Shown: positions 11,629 through 24,403 of the stretch, one piece after another
Position numbering within the stretch: the stretch's first letter is position 1
How the letters are laid out: each line of letters begins with the position of its first letter
Assembly (NCBI RefSeq): GCF_001194135.2
Contig: NC_068990.1
Coordinates: 73,743,968-73,796,492 of the forward strand
Direction of reading: 5' to 3'
Source: Octopus bimaculoides
Taxonomy: Eukaryota
Length of the DNA stretch: 52,525 nt
The notes under the pieces: generated by a model
The model's input: only the letters and a program-made list of their open reading frames with translations
Database searches by the model: none
What the model was told of the DNA's origin: nothing
Position numbers and translations under genes: made by a program

Positions 11629-12417
11629 NNNNNNNNNNNNNNNNNNNNNNNNNNNNNNNNNNNNNNNNNNNNNNNNNNNNNNNNNNNNNNNNNNNNNNNN
11701 NNNNNNNNNNNNNNNNNNNNNNNNNNNNNNNNNNNNNNNNNNNNNNNNNNNNNNNNNNNNNNNNNNNNNNNNNNNNNNNNNNNNNNNNNNNNNNTAATGT
11801 TGATGGTGTGTGTGTATATGAGAGAGAAAGAAAGAAAGAGAGAGAAAGATAACTGAAATTTTCCATTCAGTTTTTGTAGTGAGTGAATGTGTGAGTGATT
11901 GACAGAGAAAAACCGAGAGAGAGAGAGTAATTACGTATGTATGTGTGAATAGCTTCAGTGACACACACTCACACACACGAACGCACGCAGTTTGTTTTAA
12001 TCGATTTTCTTGGTAACTATGGGGGCTAAGAAGAAATACAAAGCGCGTTTCAATCTATGCACCCGTCCCCACATGAGTGCTATTTTTCATGCGAATCCAC
12101 CCAGCCGTTTGCCCGTTAACCTCGAGACAAGAAAGAATACAACAGTCGCCCATGTTCAATTTATATTATATATATATTTTTTTCTAATATATATATATCA
12201 TCATCATCATCATCATCATTTAAGCGGCCGTTAAACAATGGTGATGATGATGATGATCATCATCATGATATATATATATTAGAAAATATATAACACCTTA
12301 CAATTTCATCAGACCCTCTTACATGAAGTGCTTCATTGACAAGTGTACATCTATTGAGTTCTACACCAGGTTATTAATATTACAATGCCTAAGTGACATA
12401 CATACATACATAATACA

Positions 12418-12448
<31 letters not shown>

Positions 12449-14106
12449 GAGGGGGGGGCGTGAAGGACACAGAGAAGGCAACATCAATAATTTTCCAGTT
12501 TTATCATGATATTTACAATGGTTACAGTAGGGATTAAGAAGTTATTACCTATATATACCCTAATTCAGAGAAGAAAAAATAATGCATATCATATATAAAT
12601 AGGCTTCAGTGACAGCAAAATAATGTAATATGTTTATAATTGGATCGTGCTAAATCTATATAATGATTTTTTTGTTTACTTTTTTAACTAGGAAAGCATA
12701 AAGGCCCAATATTTTAGGGAAGAGGAAATGAGAAATATGACGTTTTTTTTGTTTTGTTTTGGTTTGTATTACGTGAAGGATCATTAGCGGTGCAAGTGAA
12801 ATAAAATGATTTCATCCACAGATTGAATTCATGTCACAATCTTTGCTTGCTGTGAGATCATCTATTGTTCTTTGGTAGTAATTACATTGCAAATTTATTG
12901 TATTTGTGTATTTGTTACGTTTACACACCTGGTCAGGTGATGATGCATCTACTAGACACACAGATATGTATAAAAGACATCTGAGAAATGGCCATCTCAC
13001 AGACATGTAAAGACAAACAACCACCACCACCACCACCACCACAGCAACCTCCACTACCATCACTACCACTGCTGCTGCCACTGCCATAGCCACCCCTGCT
13101 GCTTTCACCACCACTGCTCTCGCCACCACCACTACTGCCAACCACAGAGTGTAAAATTCACCTCTTGATCAAAGGTTCTAAAGCTTTCGGCTTCAGGCTG
13201 TGCAAAGAATCAAATAAAATATCAGCATTCCACATAGAAAGTTGAAAATATTTGGTGTACTTTGGATAGAAAGTTAAAATAAATATCTAAACTATGTTTT
13301 GAATTTATATAAAAGTATAAAAAATATATTTGTTGATGTTTCTAAATTAAGTTCTAAGTGTAAACAAAATTTCTTTGTTGTTTGCCAGATTAAAGTTTCA
13401 CATTTGGTCAGTTACAAGTCGGTGAGTCACTTTGGTGTAATGTTATCACAACTGTTCAAGATAAGGTTGATGCATGGTTTGAATCATGCAGGTATCTAAC
13501 CTTTCCTTCAGTTCATTTTAGTCAATGTAACAAAGGCTCTTATTTGCAACTCCATTTGCATCATGAAAGAGATTTATTTTCACATTTCTTCATATTTCTG
13601 GATTACAATCTAAATGTTAATTGAGAACCATTGTTTACCTTATTTTATTAATTATATACCTGCATAATAACATGAATAACGTGTTTTTGCGTAAAATTAT
13701 GAACAGACTTGGAATTTGGAAAGAATTTGGTTCCTAATATAAATACTTGTTTTTTTGTTAAAAATCTTATATCATGAAATCACTCTTATTTGTTTTATTA
13801 TGGATTTTTCAGAACTTTATATTATATTGTTTAAAAATCCAAGCTACACATAGGTATTCTTGACAGTGTAAAACTATGCCACAATTTATTATTTAAGAAT
13901 TAATTTCACAGAAATGTGATTTTTCATGCTAAAGAGGAGAAAACATCTGATGTTTGTGAGTAACCAAACTGACAGCTATAGGCCATATTTTAGTTTTATT
14001 AGACTTCATCAGTGAAAAAAAAGGCTTTCAAGGCCTGCTCTGATGAGTGAAGAGATATATATTCCTATAAATAGGATTATATGATACAGAAGAAATATAG
14101 ACCTAT

Positions 14107-14168
<62 letters not shown>

Positions 14169-15106
14169 NNNNNNNNNNNNNNNNNNNNNNNNNNNNNNNN
14201 NNNNNNNNNNNNNNNNNNNNNNNNNNNNNNNNNNNNNNNNNNNNNNNNNNNNNNNNNNNNNNNNNNNNNNNNNNNNNNNNNNNNNNNNNNNNNNNNNNNN
14301 NNNNNNNNNNNNNNNNNNNNNNNNNNNNNNNNNNNNNNNNNNNNNNNNNNNNNNNNNNNNNNNNNNNNNNNNNNNNNNNNNNNNNNNNNNNNNNNNNNNN
14401 NNNNNNNNNNNNNNNNNNNNNNNNNNNNNNNNNNNNNNNNNNNNNNNNNNNNNNNNNNNNNNNNNNNNNNNNNNNNNNNNNNNNNNNNNNNNNNNNNNNN
14501 NNNNNNNNNNNNNNNNNNNNNNNNNNNNNNNNNNNNNNNNNNNNNNNNNNNNNNNNNNNNNNNNNNNNNNNNNNNNNNNNNNNNNNNNNNNNNNNNNNNN
14601 NNNNNNNNNNNNNNNNNNNNNNNNNNNNNNNNNNNNNNNNNNNNNNNNNNNNNNNNNNNNNNNNNNNNNNNNNNNNNNNNNNNNNNNNNNNNNNNNNNNN
14701 NNNNNNNNNNNNNNNNNNNNNNNNNNNNNNNNNNCAACCCATGATAGCATGGAAAGCGGACGTTAAACGATGATGATGATGATGATATATATATATATAT
14801 ATATATACAGAAGACTATATAATATACACTGTGTTCTTTCTTATTCAAGCTGGCAAAGTGTGATTTAGGGGGAAAGAATTTGGTTGCTATTTTTAGGAGA
14901 TATGTAGGATATCAAAACAAAGGCTTCTGCTTCATTAAAATTCTTATACCATAAACTTACTTTTAATTGTTTGAATTATCTTCCATGTGGTCAGTATCTG
15001 AACAGGATGAGTTAAATATGAGATGTATAACTCTGTGTGTCAACAATCATGTAATTGGAATCAGATTTAAAACAAGGCTGATTGAAGTGTTTGGAGTATC
15101 TGAGTC

Positions 15107-15213
15107 TTAATCTAATAACAGGTGTAGTTTCCTGTTGTCTTCTTCACACTCTGATAGCAGACTTAGTAAACTTAACATCATATCAGTGAGCTGAATTAAG
15201 CCATGGTGCCCAC
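15107..15213 (-). CDS. Candidate terminal coding exon of an unidentified gene
   Basis: tttgtAG acceptor; reads (S)GHHGLIQLTDMMLSLLSLLSECEEDNRKLHLLLD*; phase-compatible with 16702-16893. No homology recognised. Confidence 0.2.
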
Positions 15214-15354
15214 CTACAAATAATAGACAGAATAAGGCAGACTTTTAATTATGATGATGATGATGAAGCAGGGAGAATTTGATATGTCAACACACTTCAT
15301 AACATGATATGTAGCTACTTCAGTATTCTATCAGTGCAGCTAAATGTGGCTACA

Positions 15355-15580
15355 CAACATCGCTTTCAAATTTTGGCACAAGGCCAGTATTTTTGGGGGG
15401 AAGCGGTTAAGTCAGTTATATATCAATTCCAGTGCCCAGCTGGTACTTATCTTTATCGATCTCAAAAAGGATGAAAGGCAAAGTCAACCTCTGCAGAATT
15501 TGAACTCATAATATAAAGACAGATGAAATGCTGCTATGCATTTTGCCCTGTGTGCTAACAATTCTGCCAGCTTGCCACCA
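15355..15580 (-). mobile_element. Meta-like SINE, CpG-decayed
   Basis: ggatgaaaggcaaagtcaacctctgcagaatttgaactc...ctgccagcttgccacc. Confidence 0.8.
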
Positions 15581-15589
15581 TGGGGCTAA

Positions 15590-15945
15590 CATCATCATCA
15601 TCATCATCATCGTTTAACGTCCACTTTCCATGCTAGCATGGGTTGGACGATTTGACTGAGGACTGGTGAAACCGGATGGCAACACCAGGCTCCAGTCTGA
15701 TTTGGCAGAGTTTCTACAGCTGGATGCCCTTCCTAACGCCAACCACTCAGAGAGTGTAGTGGGTGCTTTTACGTGTCACCTGCACGAAAACGGCCACGCT
15801 CGAAATGGTGTCTTTTATGTGCCACCCGCACAAGCCAGTCCAGGGGCACTGGCAACGATCTCGCTCGAAAATCCTACAGGAGCCAGTCAGGCGGTACTGG
15901 CAACGGCCACGCTCAAAATGGTGCATCTCATGTGCCACCCGCACA
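15590..15945 (-). mobile_element. Young RTE-tailed retroposon with three 5' monomer starts
   Basis: (CAT)n tail, cgtttaacgtccactttccatgctagc body, gtg(t/c)cacc monomer starts at 15773, 15819 and 15932; many CpGs intact. Confidence 0.9.
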
Positions 15946-16054
15946 AGAACAAGTCCAATATCACAAATCATCCAGACCATAATGCTGCTCTGTTATGCTT
16001 GTATTTTACTGAGGTTTTGACAGGAATATTCCTCTAGCATTCTATGCTATGAGT

Positions 16055-16485
16055 AAGGTGGTGAGTTGGCAGAAACGTTAGCAAGACAGGTGAAATGCTT
16101 AGCGGTATTTCGTCTGCCGTTATGTTCTGAGTTCAAATTCCGCCGAGGTCGACTTTGCCTTTCATCCTTTCAGGGTCAATTAAATAAGTATCAGTTACGT
16201 GCTGGGGTAGATATAATCGACTTAATCCATTTGTCTGTCCTTGTTTTTCACCTCTGTGTGTAGCCCCTTGTGGGCAATAAAGAAATAAGAAATGTTAGCA
16301 TGCAGGGCAGAATGCTTAACAGTATTTTGCCTGTCACTACGTTCTGAGTTCAAATTCTGCTGAGGTTGACTTTGCCTTTCATCCTTTCAGGGTTGATAAA
16401 TTAGGTACCAGTTGTATACTGGAGTCGATCTAATCAACTGGCCTCGTCCCCAAAAATTTCGGGTTTTATACCTAGAGTAGAAAAG
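16055..16485 (+). mobile_element. Dimeric Meta-like SINE with perfect 16-bp TSD
   Basis: TSD ATTCTATGCTATGAGT at 16039-16054 and 16486-16501; second monomer begins at gaaatgttagc. Confidence 0.9.
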
Positions 16486-16701
16486 ATTCTATGCTATGAG
16501 TGTTTTCTCCACATCATTGTATTTTCTTATATTTTTGTCATCACTACAATCTTTTTATGAATTGTACTGTACAATGATTGATTCATACGATGTTGGTTAC
16601 AGCATCACACATCATAGATAGATTATATCATGATGACAGCTACTTATGATAAAAGTGATAACCTCAAATTCTGCATTGGTTGTCACTTTTAAGTGGATTA
16701 C

Positions 16702-16893
16702 TTGCATCCTTCTTCGTTAAATGTGTCAAGTATTCTGTTCTTATTTCTTGTATCAGTTCTGCACAAAATAAACTCTTCAAAGTGAGAGATAATATTTTTG
16801 TTGCAGGTTCTGTAAAGACTATGAGCACAATGCTAATCATTGTCAGAGAGAGATACAATTTGGTTATAGAAGGAATGAAGGGTAAAATTAGTT
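16702..16893 (-). CDS. Candidate internal coding exon (192 nt, phase 1 to phase 1) of an unidentified gene
   Basis: Polypyrimidine acceptor tttttcctgaactttcttatctttgtcAG, open frame LILPFIPS...EIRTEYLTHLTKKDA, donor GTAATC. The plus strand is also open here, so the strand is uncertain. Confidence 0.2.
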
Positions 16894-18469
16894 CTGACAA
16901 AGATAAGAAAGTTCAGGAAAAACTACATAAGTCAGTGTCATTCATTTATTCGTTAACTAGAAATAATTATGTTCTGAGGAATAATAACAGTATTAATGAG
17001 TGACTAATATTGCTTAACATTATTTTGGTAAGTAAAGGAGGTAAGCCTAGACTTATTTCTGTCTTATTATGACCTCATCTGAAAACATTTACTTCAACAT
17101 ATTAATTATGCTAACAATTACTCAGCTATTAATGTGGATGGCATCTATAAATTATTTATCCCATGAGGCATTCAGCTTCATATGCCACAATTTGTGCTAA
17201 ATCATTACATTAAAAAAAGAAACATTTAGGAAAAAATGAACTAAGTGCAATTATAAAAAGTTAGCTCACTTTTTCCTTTCTACACATGCACACGCACACA
17301 CACACACACACACACACCTATAATAAATAATANNNNNNNNNNTATATTTATATGCATATATATATATATATATATATTAGATGTATTGTATTGTGAATTA
17401 TACAATGTATTAAATATATAAATGAAATGAAATTGCATGCAGCTAGTAGAAAATAATTAGAAAATCAATAGTTCATTAAAAAATTAAAATTTACCTAATT
17501 TAAATGATAATTAAGTCTGTATTGTCATGAATGCAGTTTTGATTTTAGATCAAGATATTTCATAAGTTGACTTCATGTTAGGTCAATAATTAACCTTTCT
17601 TTTAATATTTCTCTTTATATTCAATAATACAAATTCCAGAATTCTATTCTGACATGACCATCATAGAGGAGTCCTTCTTTATTTTTGCGTGCTTGACATA
17701 TTCAATAGGCAAGTTTATTGCAATACATTCTCCTCCTTGTCTCCTGTTGTCAAGCCATAAGATCAATGTCTCAGAGAAATATATTCAACAACTAAGTTAT
17801 ATAACTTTGAAGACTTATTAAAGAATATTTAAATATCCAGAAGTTAGAATATGGTCAACAAACATACCTTGGCAACAGAAGCTAATATGATGAAGATATT
17901 AAGTATCAAAGTCTGTACAAAGCATTGCTTGCTAAACTGAATTGACCAAAGAGAAATAACTATGACCAAATCACATTCTCCTTTATATCTAATCTGGAAA
18001 CATTTGGAGTTAAATTTAATTATTCTCATGAAACATGTGATAGTCTTTATATTGATGCCATGTTTTATTTAGTTTGAAACTTCAATCAACAATTAGAGTA
18101 ACATCTATAGAATAATTATTAGCTTTGGCCTTTAGTTGTTGCAGGCAGCAAGAAAACATTTATTCCATTGCATACTATAAGCATTTAAACCATCACTCAA
18201 GTCTATCAACTTCATTACATTCAAAAGAAGTGGAAAGAATGGTATATTCAATGACCCTAGTGTATTAATGTTCAAATCCAGCTAGGGGTAAATAAACCAT
18301 TCTTCGCCAACTAACTGGTGACAAAGTCTGGTCTGTATAAACAAATGGTAGTACAGAAACCAACATCCCTCCAAGTCCTGATGCTATATCCAGTCCATAT
18401 AGACTGGAAACAGTGTTAAAAAGAAATTTAAGTACTTTATTGTTTCAATCAAACTGCAAGGGTCTTATA

Positions 18470-18940
18470 TTAAGTCATCTACTATGGCCTTTGGCCGACC
18501 AAAGCATTGTGAGTAGATTTGGTTGATGGAAACTTAAAGAAGCCTGTTGTATATATGAATGCACAAAATGAGGAGTAGGTAGACAGCTGACAACTGATGA
18601 AGGGTCCTTTTTCTGTGTTAACTTGTCCCGTTTTCCATTTTTTCCTTATTGCTAATGTATTTCACTCGTTTTTGTCCTGTAATTACTGCCCACATCTTGT
18701 ATCTATCTCTCGTGTGTATGTCACCATTGATGACGTCCTGTACCCATATATGCATGTATATATATATTTACGTCTGTGTGTCTTATCATCTGTGTTTGTT
18801 TCTGTAACTTAGTGGTTCGGCAAAAGTAGCCGATAAAATAAGTACTAGGCTTGGGGGTCAATTTTTTCAACTAAAAACCCTTTAAGCCAGTGCTCCAGCA
18901 TGGTTGCAGTCAAATGATTGAAACATGTAAAAGAATAAAA
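18470..18940 (+). mobile_element. 5'-truncated CORE-like SINE with an internal insertion
   Basis: ctactatggcctttggccgaccaaagcattgtgagt...ggtagtactaggc...cagcatggttgcagtcaaatgattgaaacatgtaaaaga. Confidence 0.7.
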
Positions 18941-19024
18941 AAAGAATATATATATACATATTTTATATATTAAGGAGGTAATTATGTGGATAAACAAATT
19001 GGATACAATATCTTGGGTTTGATA

Positions 19025-19380
19025 TACAATATCATCATCATCATAATCATCATCATCGTTGTTTAACGTCTGTTTTCCATGCTGGCATGGGTTGAATGGT
19101 TTGACTGGGGACAGGCAAGCCTCGAGGCTACACCAGGCTCCAATCTGATCTGGCAAAGTTTCTACAGCTGGATGCCTTTCCTAATGCCAATCACTCCAAG
19201 AGTGTATTGAGTGCTTTTTATGTGCCACCTGCACAGAAGCCAGTTGGGCAGGCCTGGTATCAATCACATTTAAATAGTGTTTTTTTATGTGCCACTGGTA
19301 CAGGAGCCAGTCAGTGAGTACTGCCATGTTTGGTTGGTGATTTTTACGTGCCACTGGTACAAGAGCCAGTCAGGCAGTCC
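19025..19380 (-). mobile_element. RTE-tailed retroposon with three 5' monomer starts
   Basis: (CAT)n tail, ctacagctggatgcctttcctaatgccaatcac, gtgccac monomer starts at 19222, 19289 and 19348. Confidence 0.85.
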
Positions 19381-19583
19381 TTTGTTTTCTTTTCCAAAAT
19401 TCTTGTTGCTTTTGCAACCGTGACAATGGATGTTGGTTCTGTCTGTTATCAGAGGTGTGTTCCTTTTGTCTTTTGTGCTCATGTATGCGCACTAGAGTGC
19501 ATATGTTAATATTGTTTTCTGAATTAAAAATCAAGCCAAGGTCAACTTTGCCATTTATCCTTTCTGAGTCAATGAAATATATG

Positions 19584-19914
19584 GCACCTTGGGCAAGTGT
19601 CTTCTACTATAGCCTCGGGCCAACCAAAGCCTTGTGAGTGGGTTTGGTAGATGGAAACTGAAAGAAGCCTGTCATATATATGTATATATATATGTATGTG
19701 TGTTTGTGTGCCTGTATTTGTCCTCCCCACCATCGCTTGACAACCGATGCTGGTGTGTTTACGTCCCCGTAACTTAGCGGTTCGGCAAAAAGAGACCGAT
19801 AGAATAAGTACTAGGCTTACAAAGAATAAGTCCTGGGGTCGATTTTCTTGACTAAAGGTGGTGCTCCAGCATGGCCGCAGTCAAATGACTGAAACAAGTA
19901 AAAGAGTAAAAGAG
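19584..19914 (+). mobile_element. Young CORE-like SINE lacking its head
   Basis: Near-consensus ggcaccttgggcaagtgtcttctactatagcctcgggccaacc...gtaaaagagtaaaagag; CpGs retained. Confidence 0.9.
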
Positions 19915-21505
19915 ATATATATATATATACACACACACACAGTAATATGAGTAAATAGGGTTGGGTGTGCTGCAATATTTGCATATTTGTACTATTAAAT
20001 TAATGAGTTACCATCATACAAATTTTGCCTGTTGTTGATGGTGAACTTTGACAGTTTAGTGAACATCAGTCACTAATTTTCAAATTTCCAGTCATCTATT
20101 TTGAAGTATTGATGGTAGCAGTAATATTGATTTGGTTATGACATTTTTCCAGATGTATGTTAATCAGCAAGACATTCATACGAATGTGTTCCTTTATGCA
20201 GGTGCATAGTTTACAAGTAGCAACTGCTATTTTAAAAGCAAATATTGAGAATTAAAGAGGCCATTTTTATTGAAATATTAAACTCCACCATCAACAATAC
20301 AATAGATGAGTTGTATGAAACTAATTGACTAGTTTCACTATACCAATCAGCATTTGTTCTTCTTTTTGTTTTTGTTTTTTGTTTTGTTTTTCTTCTCACT
20401 TCTGTATTTCCACTGAGAATTATAGAAGCTTTCTCATTCACTTGTAACTCTATTTCATAATGCTATAATATAATATATACTGTTATAACATTCAATACAG
20501 AAACAAAATTGTTGAACAAATTCTTTAAACTCGCTTCATTTCTTTCTTGGTTTTTAGATTTATTCCAATAAACAAACATACAAGCACAGACACATGCATA
20601 CACAAGCAAACACACTCATACAAACTTGACGACATACACAACACATGCCTGAACATATGCATACACATATATTTATTAAGAAGAGAGAGAAAGAGAGAAA
20701 GAAACAGAGACAGACTGTTAGAGGATTATTTAACCCCCTATTTTTTTTTTGTTACATGATTAAAGCTATCCAATTACTTGAGTTTCCTAAAAGTTTCTCT
20801 TCTAAAATAATTTCTAAACATAATTTCATTTATCTTAAGGGAATTCCTTTTTAACAATTCTAAGGCCAACATTTTAACTACAATATTTTTCACACTCTTT
20901 CAAGCAATGTTATATGCCCTTGTTACTTTTCCAGCCTATTTATCAAGACTTACAATTAGCCCGAGGGTGTTGTTAATATTCTTTTATTTATTGTCATACA
21001 TCATTACAGAATGAGATATCATTCTTACCGTTTCTCAATCTTCCTTTATTTTCTGCTCACTATAGGTAAATATGTTGTATTTTTGTAATTTTAAAATTTT
21101 GCTTGGTCTTTTTTCTCCGTTCAAACATATTTATTTAAATTTTCTGGTTATTTATGTCCTATCATCAGAGAATAAATTTTCATCTATTCTATTCAAGTAA
21201 TTCCCTCATTTTTTTCAACTTGGCTCATGATTTTATTATTATTATTATTATTGTAGATTTTTTTTAAAGTGGATTAACTAAAATATATCAGTAAATCTAA
21301 TTCCATGAGGCATTTAAATATTTATGGAATTCTTAATAATTCTTCTTGTAGATTTTAATGTGGCTGTCAATATATGTGAGTATGTGTATATACATAGATA
21401 CATAGATACACACACACACACACACATACATGCATACACACACACACATACACACATACCAACATATATATACAGTTCATATCATATATCTTATAGAGTG
21501 TCTAT

Positions 21506-21611
<106 letters not shown>

Positions 21612-21619
21612 CACACATA

Positions 21620-21765
21620 TATCATCATGATCATCATTTAATGTCCGTTTATCCATGCTGGCTTGGGTTAGACAGTTTGACCAGAGTTGGTAAACCAGAG
21701 AACTGCACCAGGCTCTGGCCATCAGTTTTGGCTTGGTTTCTATGGCTGGATGCCCTTCCTAATGC
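21620..21765 (-). mobile_element. RTE-tailed retroposon 3' part
   Basis: catcatttaatgtccgtttatccatgctggc...ggctggatgcccttcctaatgcc. Confidence 0.8.
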
Positions 21766-21829
21766 CTTGTACCTATGATTACTATGGCCAGGTTCCAACC
21801 CAGGTTGCAGCAACAAAGTCCATCCACCA

Positions 21830-22035
21830 CACTACTTGGTCGAACATCACTACCTCGAGGTCCTGTAATCAAGTTGTTGCTGTAAGTGTGACAACATCTT
21901 TCTCTTCTTACGTCACCATGAAGTGGATTCCACAAGACTAATTTGGATGCTTCCAGTTCGGGGTGTTGCATGCAGTTACCAGATAGTCACAGCTGTCATT
22001 GCCTGATCTTCTCACTAACTTTCGGTAAGTCTCCA
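21830..22035 (-). mobile_element. RTE-clade LINE ORF 3' fragment
   Basis: PKVSEKIRQ*QL*LSGNCMQHPELEASKLVLWNPLHGDVRRE matches the RTE C-terminal R.LRLAGH..RH....KLVLW.P.HG.R.RG pattern. Confidence 0.7.
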
Positions 22036-22424
22036 TAAAAGTAATTTGTTTGTCAAATGTTGCTGCCTGGAGTAAACAGCAAAAAGAATATTACTGGTAT
22101 AAATTTTATTGGTCTCCATGAGAAAAAACTGCAGTAAGAAAAAAAAGAGAAAAAGAATGAGGTAAAACAAGTGTAAATTGTGTAAAACTATTTTTAATAT
22201 AAATTCTAATCTAATGTCAGTCAGACATGTTTCAATCTCTAACCAACAAGCATGCTGTCTCTTCTCTGTATCTTTTCTGTCACTACTACAGTAACTTCTG
22301 CTCCCTAAAGCCAATTTGATTCATGCCTAGTAAACTCGGACACCCTCATTTCATTCGTCCCTTTTCTTCTTATCACCTTTGTTGTGTTTAGCCCTGTCCT
22401 TAAAAAACAAAAAGTAATTTCTTG

Positions 22425-22650
22425 AGGTATGCTGACTCATAAGAGCTGGTTTCCTGGTTTCCATGGTGTATATATTTCCCACCTGGATGGGACGCCAGTC
22501 CGTTGCAGGATTACTCACTTTTGCTTGCTGAGTGGACTGGAGAGACATGAAATGAAGTGTTTTGATCAAGAACACAAGACATTGCCCAGTCCAGGAATCA
22601 AAGTTGCAATCTTACAATCACGAATCCAACATCCTAACCACTAAGCCATA
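22425..22650 (-). mobile_element. tRNA-derived SINE with V-domain-like core
   Basis: Minus strand has tggcttagtggttagg (A-box-like head) and cctgcaacggactggcgtcccatccagg, similar to the V-domain CCTGCGATGGACTGGCG..CCAGG. Confidence 0.7.
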
Positions 22651-23548
22651 GACTGCCACAGTCCTACTCCTCAGCCCTACACTAATCATTGTACTCAGTC
22701 CTTCCTTCTCTGAACATCAGCCCTCTGGAATTTTCTCACTGCTCATTTCTTTCCCACAGGAGTTGACTTACAAAGGCTAAAGTGGAACATTAATGGGATC
22801 AATCTTACCACATGAGGAAGACCTGAATAATGAATAAATCATGGGCACTTCCACTTTCTCCAGGTCCAGCAATACTAATGTTTATCTGTTTTGCAAATAA
22901 GGGATTCCTCATTCCACACATTTTCAAAGGTACAAAGTGACCAACTGATTTGTTGACCTGCTCACTTTCTTACATACAAGCACAGATTAATACAAGCACA
23001 GATTAATACAAGCACAGATTAAAACAAGCATACACACATGCATGCATGCACATGTGCACACACACACACACACACACATCCATCTACCAAATCCACTCAG
23101 GTCCATGGCTGTAGTTGAAGACACTTGGCCAAAGTGCCACAGAGTGGGACTGAACTCAAGACTACATAGTTGAGAAAGAAAACACCCAGACTATGGTATG
23201 AATTCATATTCATACCAGTAATAATTGGAGCACTAGGTTTTGTTAGTAAATACTTAAAGGAGACTCTGGATAAACTGGGATTTTCAGAAAAAGAAATCGA
23301 TCAGTTAATTCGTACATTCCAAGTGTAGTCTGTGAGGGGAACAGTTAAAATATGCAAGACTTTTCTCAAGTTCCAAATGAGAATTTGTCTGTGTTAACTA
23401 CATCCCAAAGATGGATCTTTGTATCTTTGTTGGAAACTGACTTCCTCCTCAGTGGAAGATTTATAATAATCAAACAATAGAAGAGGCATACATACATATA
23501 CTCAATCTCTTCCTTTTCCCTGTCGTTTTGATTCTTTGTCTCTCACTG

Positions 23549-23585
<37 letters not shown>

Positions 23586-24403
23586 ACATGTGTCTATGTA
23601 TGTTTCATTCATTCACTCATTGCCTGCCTCCAATTATATGCTCTCATTCTACTCCTTTCTGTATCTCTATTTTACTGTTTTTCTCCCTCTCTATATGATG
23701 TAAAGTGTGAGTGGATGTATCAATCAACCATTCAACCAACCAGCATTTATATCAGCTATTATTATGTTGAGATAACATTCACTAAAGTAGCATTAGTTCA
23801 TTCATTTATTTAGTCTAATGACAGGGGTATTTTTTTGCTGCTCACTCCATGTCACTTTGCTGTTCATATTGGTTTCACATGAAAAGCATATCACTCTTTT
23901 TCTTTATAAATCTGTCAGTATCTCTCTTTTGTGATAGTTTTTTTCTTTTCTTTATAAATTTCATACTAAATGCAAGATTTATTGAAATTTACTGTATGTT
24001 TTCTACTTCACTCGAAATTGCTATCTTGGGACTTGAAAATATAAATCACCATGTGAATGTTTGAAACAACTTAATCAAGCTCTTTAAGAGCAAAGGAATA
24101 AAAAGAAGTTCCTATTTTTACATCTTTAGACTTTCATAATTAATGTTCATGCATTTCACCGAAGTCTTGCGTATGGAACTGAAATAGATCATTTATATCA
24201 TTCATAGAAATATTAAGTTGTGATTGGTTAGCAATATGAACAGTAGTCTGTTTCATTTTGGTCAATCTCTGCTGGTTGTTCAAAACCATTAAAACTGTCA
24301 ATAAGCTGAAGGTAAAATTTGTTCCAAATGTCTCTCATATTTTTCTCTATAATTCAATTTCCAAGCACCTATTATTATTATCATTATTATTATTATTATT
24401 ATT

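Noticed and set aside
12055-12153. Minus-strand MGDCCILSC... start resembling an acylated N-terminus
   Set aside because: The frame closes after 32 codons, with no convincing donor.
12814-13187. Minus-strand mini-exon (tttgcacAG...GAG|GTGAAT) plus a possible terminal exon
   Set aside because: Several alternative frames and acceptors, no homology, and a competing plus-strand mini-exon at 13389-13421; cannot be supported.
16680-17003. Plus-strand 107-aa ORF
   Set aside because: No recognisable domain; overlaps an equally plausible minus-strand frame in AT-rich sequence.
22975-23030. 16-bp tandem repeat TACAAGCACAGATTAA x3
   Set aside because: Ordinary local slippage duplication with no further structure.
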